A stretch of DNA of 64,000 bases, taken from NCBI RefSeq assembly GCF_009914755.1, contig NC_060942.1; one strand, 5' to 3'. The DNA is from the human T2T-CHM13v2.0 reference genome, Homo sapiens. The notes beneath the pieces were generated by a model. It was given only the letters and a program-made list of their open reading frames with translations. It did no database searches and was not told the origin of the DNA. How positions within the stretch are numbered: the first letter of the stretch is position 1; the number at the start of each line of letters is the position of its first letter. A program made the translations under genes and the position numbers. Below are positions 1 through 14,554 of this stretch, piece by piece.

Positions 1-191
1 AGATTGATCATAACTTTTTTCCTGTAACACTTTGTTAAATGTAGCAAAACGAAGTCAACATATTTCAAAGTGTTGTTATATTTTTACTGCCTTCTAAAGC
101 CCCAAACTCCGTAGACTAGAATATGAGTTCCAGGTTATTGTAGATGACAGTTTAAACAGCTGTTTTGCTGTTGTTTAAGAATCACAAACTT

Positions 192-1140
<949 letters not shown>

Positions 1141-1744
1141 AAAGGTGTTACAAACATCCTCTATGCTTTTCTATGTGTAACTAGATATTTTAAGAGGCAG
1201 TTTGCCAATATATTTTAAATTTAAAATGAGCACCCAAATCAAGAATATTTACATCATGTTAATTGGGGTGGGCTGAGGTGGGGTACGGGATAAAATTGTT
1301 TCTATGCCAACTAGACCTAAAAAGATGTCATCACCTGAGGCCATTTACAAATGCAATATTTACAATATAAATTTCTATCAGTAGGAATTGCCAAATTAAC
1401 TAGTTAATTAAAATGGGACACCCAAATATGGATACTAAGCAGTATTTTAAAATAAGTACTTGTGTAATTAACATTAGGTATAATCACCTGTAGTTACAAA
1501 AAAGTTAATACAGTATAATGTAAACAGGATACTATATTTTATATATGTACAGGAAATTATGTGTCTAAGTTTTATATATATGTATCTCTGAAAACAAAAA
1601 ATTGTAAAATATTCTAAATAAGAAGGCAACATTGATTATTTCTAGAACTCTGTCTTAGGATGTCTTCTCTAGACTTATCTCAGTGGCTTAAACTGTTACT
1701 ACACAATGTATTCATAGATAAAGTATGTAGTTAAAAACATTTGA

Positions 1745-1990
1745 TAAGCAGGAACAGAAACCAAATATTGCATGTTCTCACATATAAGTGGAAGCTAAAC
1801 ATTGAGTACACATGGACACAAAGAAGGGAACAATAGACACCCTACTTGAGGGTGAGGATTAAAAAAAACTACCTGTCAGGTACTATGCCTGTTACCTGTG
1901 TGATGAAATAATCTGCAACCAAATCCCCACAACATGCGATTCGCCTATATAACAAACTGCACATGGACCCCTGAACATGAAGCAAAAGTT
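1745..1990 (+). mobile_element. L1 3' end (L1PA15/16-L1PB-like)
   Basis: CATGTTCTCACATATAAGTGGAAGCTAAACATTGAGTACACATGGACAC 3'UTR. Degenerate TSD TTAAAAACA(T/C)TT. Confidence 0.8.
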
Positions 1991-2049
1991 TAAAAACACT
2001 TCAGAACAAATATTTGTTTAAAATTACAATGAATAAATTGCATATTAAT

Positions 2050-2860
2050 GATTTTATTTCAGAAAAATCTGAGAAAATCTCTTAAAAATTAATTGGAACT
2101 GAGATTAAGGTAAAATATCTTGTTGTAAATTAAATATATATGAAAACAATAATTTCATCTACAATAAACATAAACAGAAAAGGTAGAAGATATTATAGCA
2201 TTAAGTTCCAATGGATAGTAATAATGAAAAAGATACAATACCTAGGGGAAAAAGGAAACATATGTATCTATATGGTAAAAATTGTAAAATACTTCTAATT
2301 TCTTGAATCAGAAAAAAATTCAAAAATGGAAGAAATATTCATAACATATTTGATGAAACATAGATTGCCCTAAAATATAGAGTTCTTACAAATCAATATG
2401 TAAGACTCAAATCTGTTTTTATACATATGATTTATTCCCAAAACAATAAATAAATGGTTTTTAATGTGCAAAAACATGCACAAATAGGCAAAAATTCAAA
2501 TAATAGCACATCATTTTTCACTGATTAAGATATTCGAACATTTTAAAGTGTTCAAAATTTTATAGCCCTTGGAGAAGGTACAAAAAAGCTGTGCACCAAT
2601 GTCCTGTTGGTGTGAAATGTGAGAAAGGCATACAACTTCTCAAGAGGAAATGTAATAGTAACTACCATAATTTCCATTACATATTCCCAATAAACTAGTT
2701 ATTCAATTTTTAGAAATCTATGTTATAGATGCTATAGTGCATGGACAGAAAAGTACAAATGCAAAGTATTTTTGTAGCATTATTTGTAATAAAAACAATC
2801 AATAAAAAAGGTAGACATTGATTAACATAGCATTAGTTAAATTATATACTTTAAGAAAAT
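2050..2860 (+). mobile_element. Highly decayed L1M (L1ME-like) fragments
   Basis: A-rich, with residual ORF2/3'UTR motifs (TTTTTAGAAATCTAT, GTAGCATTATTTGTAATA). Confidence 0.45.
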
Positions 2861-2893
2861 GGTATTTAAAATAAAATCAGGCTAAAAGTACGA

Positions 2894-2894
2894 G

Positions 2895-2945
<51 letters not shown>
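2894..2945. repeat. (GT)n microsatellite
   Basis: About 26 GT units with one interruption. Confidence 0.97.
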
Positions 2946-2946
<1 letters not shown>

Positions 2947-3256
2947 GTAAGGATGAATAAGAAATTCCAAAAAATGCTTTGGAATTGGGTCATTGGTGGG
3001 GCCCTGGAGTGGGATAACATTTGCCGTCGTACAACCGTTTGCATTGTTTGGAAAATGTAATTCAAAAATACTCAGACAAATCATTTTAGTTTTCACTCTG
3101 AGTTTATTCTATATGAACCATTTCAGTTTCCATATCAAGATTATTGTCAACTTTTAATGGTGGAATTTTAGGGCCTCAGTTATTACTTATCAATGGATTA
3201 GAATGGTCCCAATTATTTCTTAATGAGATTTATGAACAGGTTTACAGATATAGTCC

Positions 3257-3559
<303 letters not shown>

Positions 3560-3649
3560 TACAGATATATTCTTACATCCTAATTTCGATAATAGGTTAC
3601 TACTCCTATAACCAATTTCATTGTCATGTAGGAAAAAAATCAGATAGCG

Positions 3650-3890
3650 TGCACATTAAGAGTGTAGATTTATAGTCACATAGACTTGGATTGAATTCTA
3701 ACTCTGCTATTTTCTAGATGTGTGCTCTCTGTCAATTTTATATATATGAGAATAAACTTCTTCATCCATAAATTGGAAAAGTAGAATTTAACCTCATGCA
3801 ACTGTTGCAAATGATTCAATAGTACAATATATATACGGCACCAATTGTGGTACCCAACATTTTTAAGTATTCAATAAATGTACATTATTC
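3650..3890 (+). mobile_element. MIR
   Basis: GACTTGGATTGAATTCTAACTCTGC, TTCTTCATCCATAAATTGG and TATTCAATAAATG core motifs. Confidence 0.7.
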
Positions 3891-3907
3891 TTATCATTAT
3901 TCATTGT

Positions 3908-4438
3908 AAATAACTCCTGTTATCTGCTGGGAATATATTTCTAGACCCCCAGTGGATGCCTGAAACCAAAGACAGTACTGAACCTTATATACATTATGTT
4001 TTTTTCCTATACATATATAACAATTAATAAAGTTTTATTTATAGGTTGGGCACAGAAAGAAAATAACAACAGTAATAAAATGGAATAATTATAATAATAG
4101 ATTGTAATAAAAGTTATGTGAATGTGCTTCCTCTTTCTCTCTCTCAAAATTTCTTATTGTGCTCACCCTTCTTCTTGTTATCTACCAGTTTGATAACTGA
4201 GGGCTACTAATTGACAGACGGCACACACAGTGTGGATCCATTGGATAAAGGGCTGATGCACCTCTCAGGAGGGACAGAAAAGGACAGCGTGAGGTTTCAT
4301 CACACTACTCAGAATGGCATGCAATTTAACACGTGTGAATTGTTTATTTCTGTAAAATTTTATTAATATTTTCCACAGTAGAGCATGGGAAACTGAAACT
4401 ATAAGAAAGTAAAATGGGGAGTAAGGGGAAATTACTAT
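3908..4438 (+). mobile_element. MER44 (Tigger7-derived) DNA transposon
   Basis: GACCCCCAGTGGATGCCTGAAACC..AGTACTGAACC start, CACTACTCAGAATGGCATGCAATTTAA, degenerate terminal repeats. Confidence 0.8.
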
Positions 4439-5399
4439 ATTTTTCACACCTAATTTTGAACTCAGAAAGCTAAACCCCATGGAATTGAAAGGATGTAAAC
4501 ATCTCATGCCCATTGATATCCGCTGGCTTTCAGAACTCAGTTTGAACAACAAGGATTATGAATGACTACTTAAAATATCAGTACTTTATTTATTCCTTGA
4601 AACATGCCACAGAGGTAGCTTAGGGATCTCCACCAGAATATAAAAGAAAATTACTAGAAAATCCTGCCACACCTGCTTTTACCAAAATACTTATTTTATA
4701 TTTGCTTTCCATGTTGAAATAAATTTTATTTTACAAATGTATTATCAACAAAAATGAAAAATTTCAAAAGCACATTTTTTAATTTTCTCTCTTAATAAAA
4801 TTAAAGAAACAAAAGCATTGAAAGAATGCCCTAAAACAGATGTTTCATTTTATTAAATATTGTCTAATTTATGAGGGTCCTTAGAAATGATATTTTGTCT
4901 TACATGGGGAAGATATTAAAGCCTATGTTGAAGAATGCTGTAAAACCAGACATTTCCAAATCAGGAATAACTATGGATCTTCTGAGTTATGGACATGGGG
5001 ACTATGTAATGGGCACCATTTCCTTCTCCATATTGGCTTCCAGATAGGTGAAAGCCAACTTTGTGGCTCACAGCCCACTCAGAGCAAATGTGAAAGGTTC
5101 TTAAGAATTGAATTTTGTATTAGTCTCATTTTGGGATCCATTTTATGAGTCCCTAAGTTTATATTCCTTTTTCTTTTCCAACTACTTCTATTCTAGGACA
5201 TCTTAATGCATTTTATGTATCTATTCTTTTAAGAAATATGTATTGATCTTCCACTAATGGGCTAAGACCTGGGATGGATGCTTCACTCTGAGTAGAATGG
5301 ATTACAAAGTACATGACCTTGCCAATAGGAAATTTATATTCAATGCACACTCTCTTGTAAAAAGCAATCTACTAATTAATTACCTAATAAAAATTTATC

Positions 5400-6600
5400 A
5401 TGTTAGGCAAGGAGGGTAAATCCGCATCCAGCATAAGTGTCCATTCCACAGTCACCCTCATGATGGAAACAGTCTAACATAACGTGAAAACTATAAGGGA
5501 AAGAGGGCATATCAGACTCTCAGAGAATGGTCCCTTCCACTGGCAGACTGACACTGAGCACTGGCAGTAGTCAGATCAGCTTTGGAGATGAAAAGTCCAT
5601 GTGATGACATGAATGCTTAACATTCATGTCAAGTACCCTGTTAACTTTGTTTGTAAGCCAACTAGGAAAGCTGGAATGAAGGTGGATGCTAACTCTTGGC
5701 CATAGACAGAACTTGTCCACTTGATAATTATAAGCCTCATCTACCATAGCTGCTTTCTGTTGAGCTTTCATATGGAACACAAATATTTTCATACTCCTGG
5801 GACTCTTTAGTCCCAGTCTTAAAATCAGGGTAATTTAAGTCCATCTCCAACCACGGAAGTTATTAACCGCTACTTATGAGCCATGCCTCATGCCAGGGAA
5901 AGTAGACATTCAGATGTGCTGCTTGAAGCTTTGCCCATTGGAATGACAGTGTCCTGAGGTGGTACACCCTAAGGTTACCCCCATGAGTCATGCCCTTGTT
6001 TAAGCCCATCTGCTTGAGTGTGAGTAAAACCTGTGATTTTCTCTTAGCCCATATAATATGGTAAAAGTGGTAAGATACCACTAACATGATACATTATGTT
6101 GTATGAGACTGTGCCTTAGCAGACTGTAGTCTCTCCTGGACTTGAAGGAGTAAGATGATGTGATGCGACCTTTGTATGGTCAGAGACTGTGGATTGTCTC
6201 TAGTTGCTGAGGCTCTCAGTCCTAGAATTATAAGGAATTGAATTCTGGCAACAACTTGAAGAGCTTGGAATCAGGTTCTTCCCCATTCAAGCTCTTAGAC
6301 GAGAATGCAAGTTTACCAACACCTTGATGTCAGCTGATCTGGTTTGGCTGTCACAACTCACCATTTCTTCAGAACTTGCCAAGCTACTTCACATATATTT
6401 CACTTCCATTTGGAGGAAATTCACATAAATATGCCCAATTTTGTGGCTTAGCAGGTTAGGTCGAACCGATTTCATAGTAGTCAGCACAGTTTGCTGGGTT
6501 GCTTGGTGTCCCTGGCTCAGCCACTTAGCTTCTACTGACGTGCATCAGTGAACTGTGACCTGTGTATTGCCTGGGATTCTCCCATCAGGGCTGACCTCAC
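5400..6600 (-). mobile_element. ERVL-type internal pol remnant (RNase H/integrase), interrupted by an MLT1 LTR
   Basis: Translations KIFVFHMKAQQ..YNYQVDK and SFQWAKLQAAHL resemble ERVL pol (KIFVSHVNAHQ..FNNQVD; SQWAELRAVHL). Confidence 0.75.
5955..6335 (+). mobile_element. MLT1E/F-like LTR, 3'-truncated
   Basis: CCCCATGAGTCATGCCCTTG..TTGAGTGTG..CCTGTGA and AAGGAATTGAATTCTGGCAACAAC motifs. Confidence 0.7.
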
Positions 6601-6729
6601 ATACCACAGATGTTTCTGATTGGCCACAGACACTTCGTTACCTCTGGATGTGTTTGACCACAGGACCAAGTAGCAGAGCTTCCTGCATTGTAACATGCTA
6701 GAGAGTATCATAAGAGTATTAATCTATAA

Positions 6730-7155
6730 TCAACCTTTTTCTCCAAAACTTTTGAATCCAATCATACAGACACTGAATGCGGCATGGCTTCTTTCAAGGT
6801 ATTTTCTATATAAGTTTTGAATTCAAATTGCTAACTCTTGATCACTGTACATGTCATTGTCTTCTTCCAATCTGTCTACAACACACCAGGCTTTCTTACA
6901 GACCTTAACTTAATATGAATTGGTTTGTGAATAAATAACAGAAACCCTGAACTACCCAAGCTATGGTAAATAGATTATGTTCTAGCCAATGATATCCATT
7001 GAATTGTTTAAATGTAACCAATATTTTGACATAAAAGCAACCAGTAACTATCCCTCACAAACTGCAAATGCATATGTGCATTTTCCCTACTCCACCACTC
7101 CCCAGTATAATTGACATAACAAAAGGGATAGTGTGAAGATAAATATACAATTGAA
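6730..7155 (-). pseudogene. Fossil terminal exon: 3 hydrophobic segments, then acidic and IQ-like tail
   Basis: Acceptor ttctaatactttcattgtttttag. Phase 1 reads IQLYIYLHTIPFVMSIILGSGGVGKMHICICSL*GIVTGCFYVKILVTFKQFNGYHWLEHNLFTIAWVVQGFCYLFTNQFILS*. After a frameshift: VKVCKKAWCVVDRLEEDNDMYSDQELAI*IQNLYRKYLERSHAAFSVCMIGFKSFGEKG*. Confidence 0.65.
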
Positions 7156-7500
7156 CTAAAAACAATGAAAGTATTAGAAAGAGAAAATAAAATTGATTTT
7201 AATCATGAGAAATTGATGGGAAAACAGAACAAGAAACGACTATGCCCAAAACACAAAGGAACACTGATAAAACACTATAGTTTTCTTTAGAAATTACAAA
7301 AAAAAAAAAAAGTCAGTAAATTAGTGAGGCAGTTATTCAGGTAATTAATGAAGAGTCAAATTCAGAAGAGATGGACTAGTCATATCTTATTCTTCTTAAT
7401 TGTATGTCAAGAATATGAGACTTGTATTAGCAAATTCTCTCACTATGATAAATTCCAAAAGTAGCAATCTGAAGAAAAGGAATGGACTATAATGAGATTA

Positions 7501-7656
7501 CACGTTAGTGGGTGCAGCGCACCAGCATGGCACATGTATACATATGTAACTAACCTGCACAATGTGCACATGTACCCTAAAACTTAAAGTATAATAAAAA
7601 AAAAAAAAATTTAAAAAAAAATAAAAATAAAAAATAAAAAAAAAATAAATAAAATA
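7501..7656 (+). mobile_element. Very short young L1 3' end (L1HS pre-Ta ACG/A type)
   Basis: ACACGTTAGTGGGTGCAGCGCACCAGCATGG...AACTTAAAGTATAATA, about 60 nt A-rich tail, TSD GAGATTA at 7494-7500 and 7657-7663. Confidence 0.85.
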
Positions 7657-7925
7657 GAGATTATAGAATTGAGTTCACATTCAATATCAATGCCTCCAGT
7701 ATGAGACTAATAAAGGAAAATACAATTCTTTCAAGGAGAGAAATACTACAAATTTATCACAGTTCATCAGAATCTTCCATATTTGATAGTTCATAGGGAG
7801 TATCTTCCAAAAGTATTACCTTCCTACTCCACTTTTCCTTTTAAAATATATAATTGGGAAAAGTTAATTATATTTGCAAAATGGGACATAAATGATATAA
7901 CTCTTGACAATATAAAAATACTATT

Positions 7926-8002
7926 ACCTCCTGACCTCGTGATCCGCCTGCCTTGGCCTCCCAAAGTGCTAGGATAACAGGCGTGAGCCACCGTGCCCCG
8001 CC
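7926..8002 (-). mobile_element. Alu 5'-end-only fragment
   Basis: First ~77 nt of an Alu left arm, antisense. No right arm, tail or TSD. Confidence 0.9.
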
Positions 8003-8189
8003 TTCAGCTTGTTCTTGTTGCCACCACCTTACATTTATCCTCCTTTTCCAACTGCTTGTGGACTTTGGACTTTGAGCTCCAGCGTTATATTAAAGACAAC
8101 AGCCTGACTGAGACCACTCAACCAGCATTCACAATGGTGTATAGGAAAATCTCCATGCAAAGCAAACAAACAAACATACAAAAGTCCAT

Positions 8190-8191
<2 letters not shown>

Positions 8192-8257
<66 letters not shown>

Positions 8258-8331
8258 TGTATACATACATACACACACTGTGTGTGTGTGTGTGTGTGTG
8301 TGTGTGCATGTAGAGAGAGACAGAGAGAGAG
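8192..8331. repeat. Compound microsatellite (TA)n(CA)n..(TG)n(AG)n
   Basis: Direct reading; lies inside the ERVL 5' LTR. Confidence 0.95.
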
Positions 8332-9566
8332 AATCCTGGATGATAAAGAATTTGGTAGGAAGAGTATTTCCAGAGACATAGAAACTTACAGAGGAGTACT
8401 CTGAACTGGTTCTGTGTATTCTGGAAATGTCTCTCTAGATTTAAAGGCACAAGTGACCCTGCTCCCAGGGGCAAATTGGCAAGGTAGGTACTAATGGCTT
8501 GCAGTAATGAGACTGTCACTCAATTTATGACCTTTAGGTCTCTGTTATCCAGTGACTATAGAAGGCATGGTTCTGAGTGATAACGTATTTGTTGCCTTAG
8601 GATAGTTTAGTAAAATTAAGGAGTATAGTAGGGTTGGCTGATTGCTTCTAAATGAACTAAAACTTGGAAAAGAAAATAATGAGTTCAAGACTTTAAATTT
8701 GTAATTCAAAGACTGCATAAGGAAACTGAAGGCTTCAATGACTACCCTGAAAGAAAGCCATCTCTCCTGTAAGCTCTGGGCTGTTCTTAAAAACACAAAG
8801 TCTGATCCTGCAGGTGGCTTAAATATAATATGAATTGAATTCCCAACTTAACAGTCTCTTTTTTTAAAGAGAGAACATTAACTGGAAGTAAAAATGATCA
8901 TGAAACTTGGGATATGGATGTACGGGCAGAATTAAATGAAACTAGGGACCATGGACCCCTATATCCTGCTGATCCTTCTTTGCCCCTGAAGAAGTCCTTC
9001 TACTCTTGCTGAGGAGGTTATTCTCTTCCTGTCTAAAGAATCTATACAAATCTCTCCTGTACTGGCCTTGCAAGGCACTGTTGATCCTCCCCAGGACCTA
9101 TACTCATCACCTCCCCTTGCTTCTAGACATATAAGTTGACTCAAGTCCCAACAGGTCTGAAAGTATGTGGGACAAAACTTGACCACTTACTAGGTTTAAT
9201 ACCCTCTAAAAGGATTGCACCATTTTGCCAATGTATACAGAAATCTAAGAATCATACATGAGCATAGAACTGAAAGGTATGATGTCCAGGTAGGAGAAAT
9301 ATAAGTCTGATCAGGGCAAATTTGTTTTATATGAGTATACTAAGGGAAGATACTAGGCTCATGTTTCAGCCCAATGGACAAGAACATAAACCCAAAGATG
9401 GCTTACACTAAATATGACTGAAATGACAGAACTTCCTGGGTATACTCTGGAGAAAGTTACCCGAAGACTACAGATATCAGCGTAATAATGTAGATTAATT
9501 ACCTACCTGCTTAACCATCTAGAAGGGTGCAGTGGATATAGCGCCCATCACAGCTGGGAGAAAGAC

Positions 9567-9857
9567 TTTTTTTTTGAGATGGAGTTTCACTCTGTCACCC
9601 AGGCTGGAGTGCAGTGGTATGATCTCAGTTAACGGCAACCTCAGCCTCCTGGGTTCAAGTGATTCTCCTGTCTCAGCCTCCAGAGTAGCTGGGACTACAG
9701 GCATGCAGCACCATGCCCAGCTAATTTTTGTATTTTTAGTAGAAATGAGGTTTCACCATGTTGACCAGGCTGGTCTCAAACTCCTGACCTCAAGTGATCC
9801 GCCCACCTTGGCCTCCCAAATTGGTGAGATTACAGGCATGAGCCACTGTGCCCAGCC
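9567..9857 (-). mobile_element. AluSx-like, inserted in ERVL
   Basis: Full antisense Alu; TSD core AGAAAGA. Confidence 0.92.
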
Positions 9858-10375
9858 AAGAAAGATATTTTTTTGGAGATCCCTACCTTCTTTGAAGTTC
9901 TGTGGTTGAACCTCTGTATAGATCAGAAATCACAGTGAAACTAATACCATTTAACTGAGATCTTTCAATACAACAGGGATAATGGGGCACCAGGATGGCA
10001 GGGGCCAAGTTGAGGCCCAGTAACTAAAGACAACATAGGCAATATGGCAGCATGGACAGAAGAATCAGAGAATTAATCAGAAGTGTGTGACATGCAGAAA
10101 TCTTTGGCATTAGTTACTTGATCATCGTTTCCTGGGAAATGAAATTGATGGGCATACTACTGATTTCTTAATCGATAGGAATAAACAAAAAAAGATCTAG
10201 GTGGAGTGAACAGATATCTAACCTGAATCATGAAGACACAGACTCACTGCTCCTCAGTCAATTCCCAGACTTGAGCCAGCTTCACCATCCACAGCCATGT
10301 GAATGAAGATAAGGCCAGAATCTCCACATTGGCTTCATGATTTATGTATTGAGGGACATTATGGTAGAAAACATA

Positions 10376-10845
<470 letters not shown>

Positions 10846-12317
10846 TCACCTATTTGGCCTTTGCAGGCACAGATGCTTCTTGGAGAATGACAGTAGACAA
10901 TCATAAACTTATTCAGGTGGTGACTGCAATTTCAACTACTGTATTTGATGCCATTTTCTTGCTTGAGGAGATCAACACATCACTGGAAGTTAGTATGCAG
11001 CTACTGATGTAGTGAATGCTTTTTTCTCCATATTTGTTGATAAAGCAAATCAGAAGCAGTTTGCATTCAAATGGCAATTCCAGCAATAAATCTTCCTTGT
11101 GCTACCCTGGGAATATAGCAACTCTCTAGCCCTGAGATATAAGCTACTCTCTGAGCATTTGGTCATTTTCCTGCTTAGCAGGACATCACACTGGTCCATT
11201 ACCTTGATGACACTATGCTAATCGGATTTGATGAACAGGAAATAAAAACTACTATATACCGATTAGAAATTGCATGTCGGAGATACGAAACATAATTCAC
11301 AACAACTCAGGGGCCTGGAATTTCAATGACACTTCTGAAGTTCAGTGATTTTGAGCATGTTAAGATATCCCTTCAAGGGCGAAGGACAAGTTATTGACTC
11401 TAGACTGTTCTACAACTAAGACAGACACAATATGGAAGGGGACTCTTGCAATTTTTTGAGGCACCATATAACTCATGGAGGGGGTTAGTCTAATCATATG
11501 ACTCAACAATTGCTACACTTTAGAAAGGCTTGGAACAAGAGAAGGCTCTGCAACAGATCCAGGCTGCCTTGCAAGATGCTCTTCCCTTGGATTACATTAT
11601 CTGGCAGATTCAGTGGTGCTTAAAATGTCCTTGGTAGACAGGAATGCAGTTTGCAGCCTTTTGTAGTCCTCTGTAGATGAATCACAGTGCAGACACTTAG
11701 GATCACAGAGCAAAGCCACTGTGTTATTGATGGATTATATTATCCTTTTAGGAAACACGTTTTGAACTTGCTACTGGCCCTTAATAGAAGCTGTCACACC
11801 AAGTTACCATGTGACATGAGCCATTTATCATCAACTATGTTTTATCTGATCCACCAAGCCATTAAATATTGGACATGTAGAGCAGCACTCCATCATCAAA
11901 TACAACCAGGAAAAATCAGATCCTGAAGACACAAGTAGATTTCATGCAGAAATATCCCAGATGTCCGTGAGCTTATTCCTGCTAAATCATATTCTATCTA
12001 TGGCCTCATATTGTCTCTTTGTGATAGGATAACCAAGAAGGAAAAAACACAAAAGCTTGGGCTTGATTTATAGGTGATTCTGGATGATATGCAAGTACCA
12101 TGTAAAAGTGCCCCCATGCAGAGATGGCCTTAAGTACAGTAGTGCAGGAAAGTCCTGCTGGTGGACAAAACTATGAGCACTGCACCATTCTCCTTACATA
12201 GAAAGAGAAATGGCCAGAAGTAAAGGTCACTATTAATTAGTGGCCCCTGGCTAACGGTTTGGTTAGATGGATGAGGGACTTGGAGACTTAAACATTGAAT
12301 TTAAAAATGGGTGAAAA

Positions 12318-13402
12318 TCCACAATGAGATACCACTATACACCTATTACTTAGGTACAATTTTTTAAAATCAACAGTATCAATTGTTGGCGAGGGTGTAT
12401 ATCAACAGAATCTCTAATTCATTGTGAATTTCTAATTCGATGCAAAGTGGCACAGCCACTCTAGAAGTGTTAGAATTTTTGACAAATCTAAAGACAATCC
12501 TTTCATACAATCTAGGTAATGTGCTATTACATATTCACCTGGCTAATATGAAAACTTATATTCACATAAAAAATGCTTAGAAATGTTTATAGCAGCTTTA
12601 TTCATAATTGCCAAAACTTAGGAACAACCAAGATGTCCTTCATTAGGTGAATGGACCAGCAAACTGTGGTTCATCTATACAAAACAAAATGAAAACAAAA
12701 TTTCAGCAATAAAAAGGAATGCTACTTCACACCATGCAAAAACATAGATTATCTTACAGGTGTATTACTAAGTGAAAGGGGCCAGTCTGTAAAGTCTACC
12801 TTCCGATGAGTGCAGTATTGAAAGTGAGGAAAAGTACAGGTTTATGGTGAAGAGATCTGATCAAGACTGCCTCTGGCAGGTGACCAAGGTTAACATCAAC
12901 AGGGATAAGTCATGGTGACAGTATGTACCCTTGATATGATGTGATGATAATGGGACTTTACCTTTGTAAAAGCCTCCTCAAAAGCCTAATCATTAAAAAA
13001 TATAAGACAAAACCCACGTGAGTAATACCATATAAAATACCTGAGTGGTATTCTATAAACTTCTTTAAAACTATCAAAGTCATCAAAAACAAGGAATGTC
13101 TGAAGAACTGTTGCACTCAAGATCAAGTTAAAAATCAAGTTTTTAACATTAGGTTAAAAACTAAGGAAATCTGCATGATGTCTGGACTTTGGTTAATAAT
13201 AATGTATCAATATTGGTTCAATAATTTTAACAAATATTTCATAGTAATATAAGGTATTAAAAGTAAGTAAAGCTGGAACTTTCTTTATGAAGGGCAGATA
13301 TGATATAAATTCTCATATGTCTTATGGTATGAGGACTCTATCTTCTTTGCAACTCTATTGTAAATATAAAACTACTGTAAAATAACAAGTCTATTTTTAA
13401 AA
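12318..13402 (+). mobile_element. L1MC/MD-type 3' end inserted in ERVL RNase H
   Basis: CACAATGAGATACCAC, CAACCAAGATGTCCTTCA and GGTGACCAAGGTTAACATCA motifs. ERVL pol resumes at ~13403 (GGCAAGGATATTTGG). Confidence 0.8.
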
Positions 13403-14241
13403 AATTAATGGCAAGGATATTTGGAGAAGATATATGTGAGTAGACCTCTCCTGGTGAGCAAAAAGTGTGAAGGCATCTGTGTCCCATGTGACTGCTCACC
13501 AGAGTGGCCTCATCAGAGGAGAATTTTAATAATCAGGCAGATGGGTTGACCTGTTCTGTGGATATCAGTTAGCCTCTTTGCCCAGGATCACTTATCGTCA
13601 TCAATGGGCTCCTGAATCAAGTGGTCATGGTGGCAGAGATGAAAGCTATGCATGGTCTCAGCAACAGGGACTTATACTCTTCATGGCTGATCTGGATAAG
13701 TCATGGCAAAGTGTCAAATCTCCCAATAGCAGAAGCAACACTGAATCCTTGCTTTGACATCATTCTCCAGAAGGATCAGACAGCTTCCTGGTGGCACGTT
13801 AGTTACTCTTGGTGGTTTCAACCTGGAAGAGGCAATACACTCTTCTTAGTGGAATAGAGGCTTACCCTACATATGAAGTCACTGTTCCTACATAGAATGC
13901 AATGCTTTTAGGCTGTGCTGCATGAGAGTCTTTGTGTTAAAGAAAGGAATGCGGTCTTCAAAGGGCATGACAATAATTTCACTGAACTAATAGTTGAGGC
14001 TGCTTCCTAGATGCTTTGGGGTCTTCAGGCTGTTGCATCAACAAGCAAAAAGGAGTTGAGTGTAATGGCTGTGGTTATTGATTCTGAATATGAAAGAGAA
14101 AGTTGATAATTACTACACAATGAAGTAGGTAGGACTATGTTTGGTATACTGGAGAGCATGAAGAGTACTTTATAGTACTAAAATTTTCTGTAATTAAAGT
14201 CAATGGAAAACTATAACAACTAAATTCAAAAGAGTCTGCTA

Positions 14242-14554
<313 letters not shown>

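Noticed and set aside
6900-7155. Resemblance of the TM segments to class C GPCR TM3
   Set aside because: Too weak; no Venus-flytrap or cysteine-rich domain motifs recognised, so no family or symbol is assigned.
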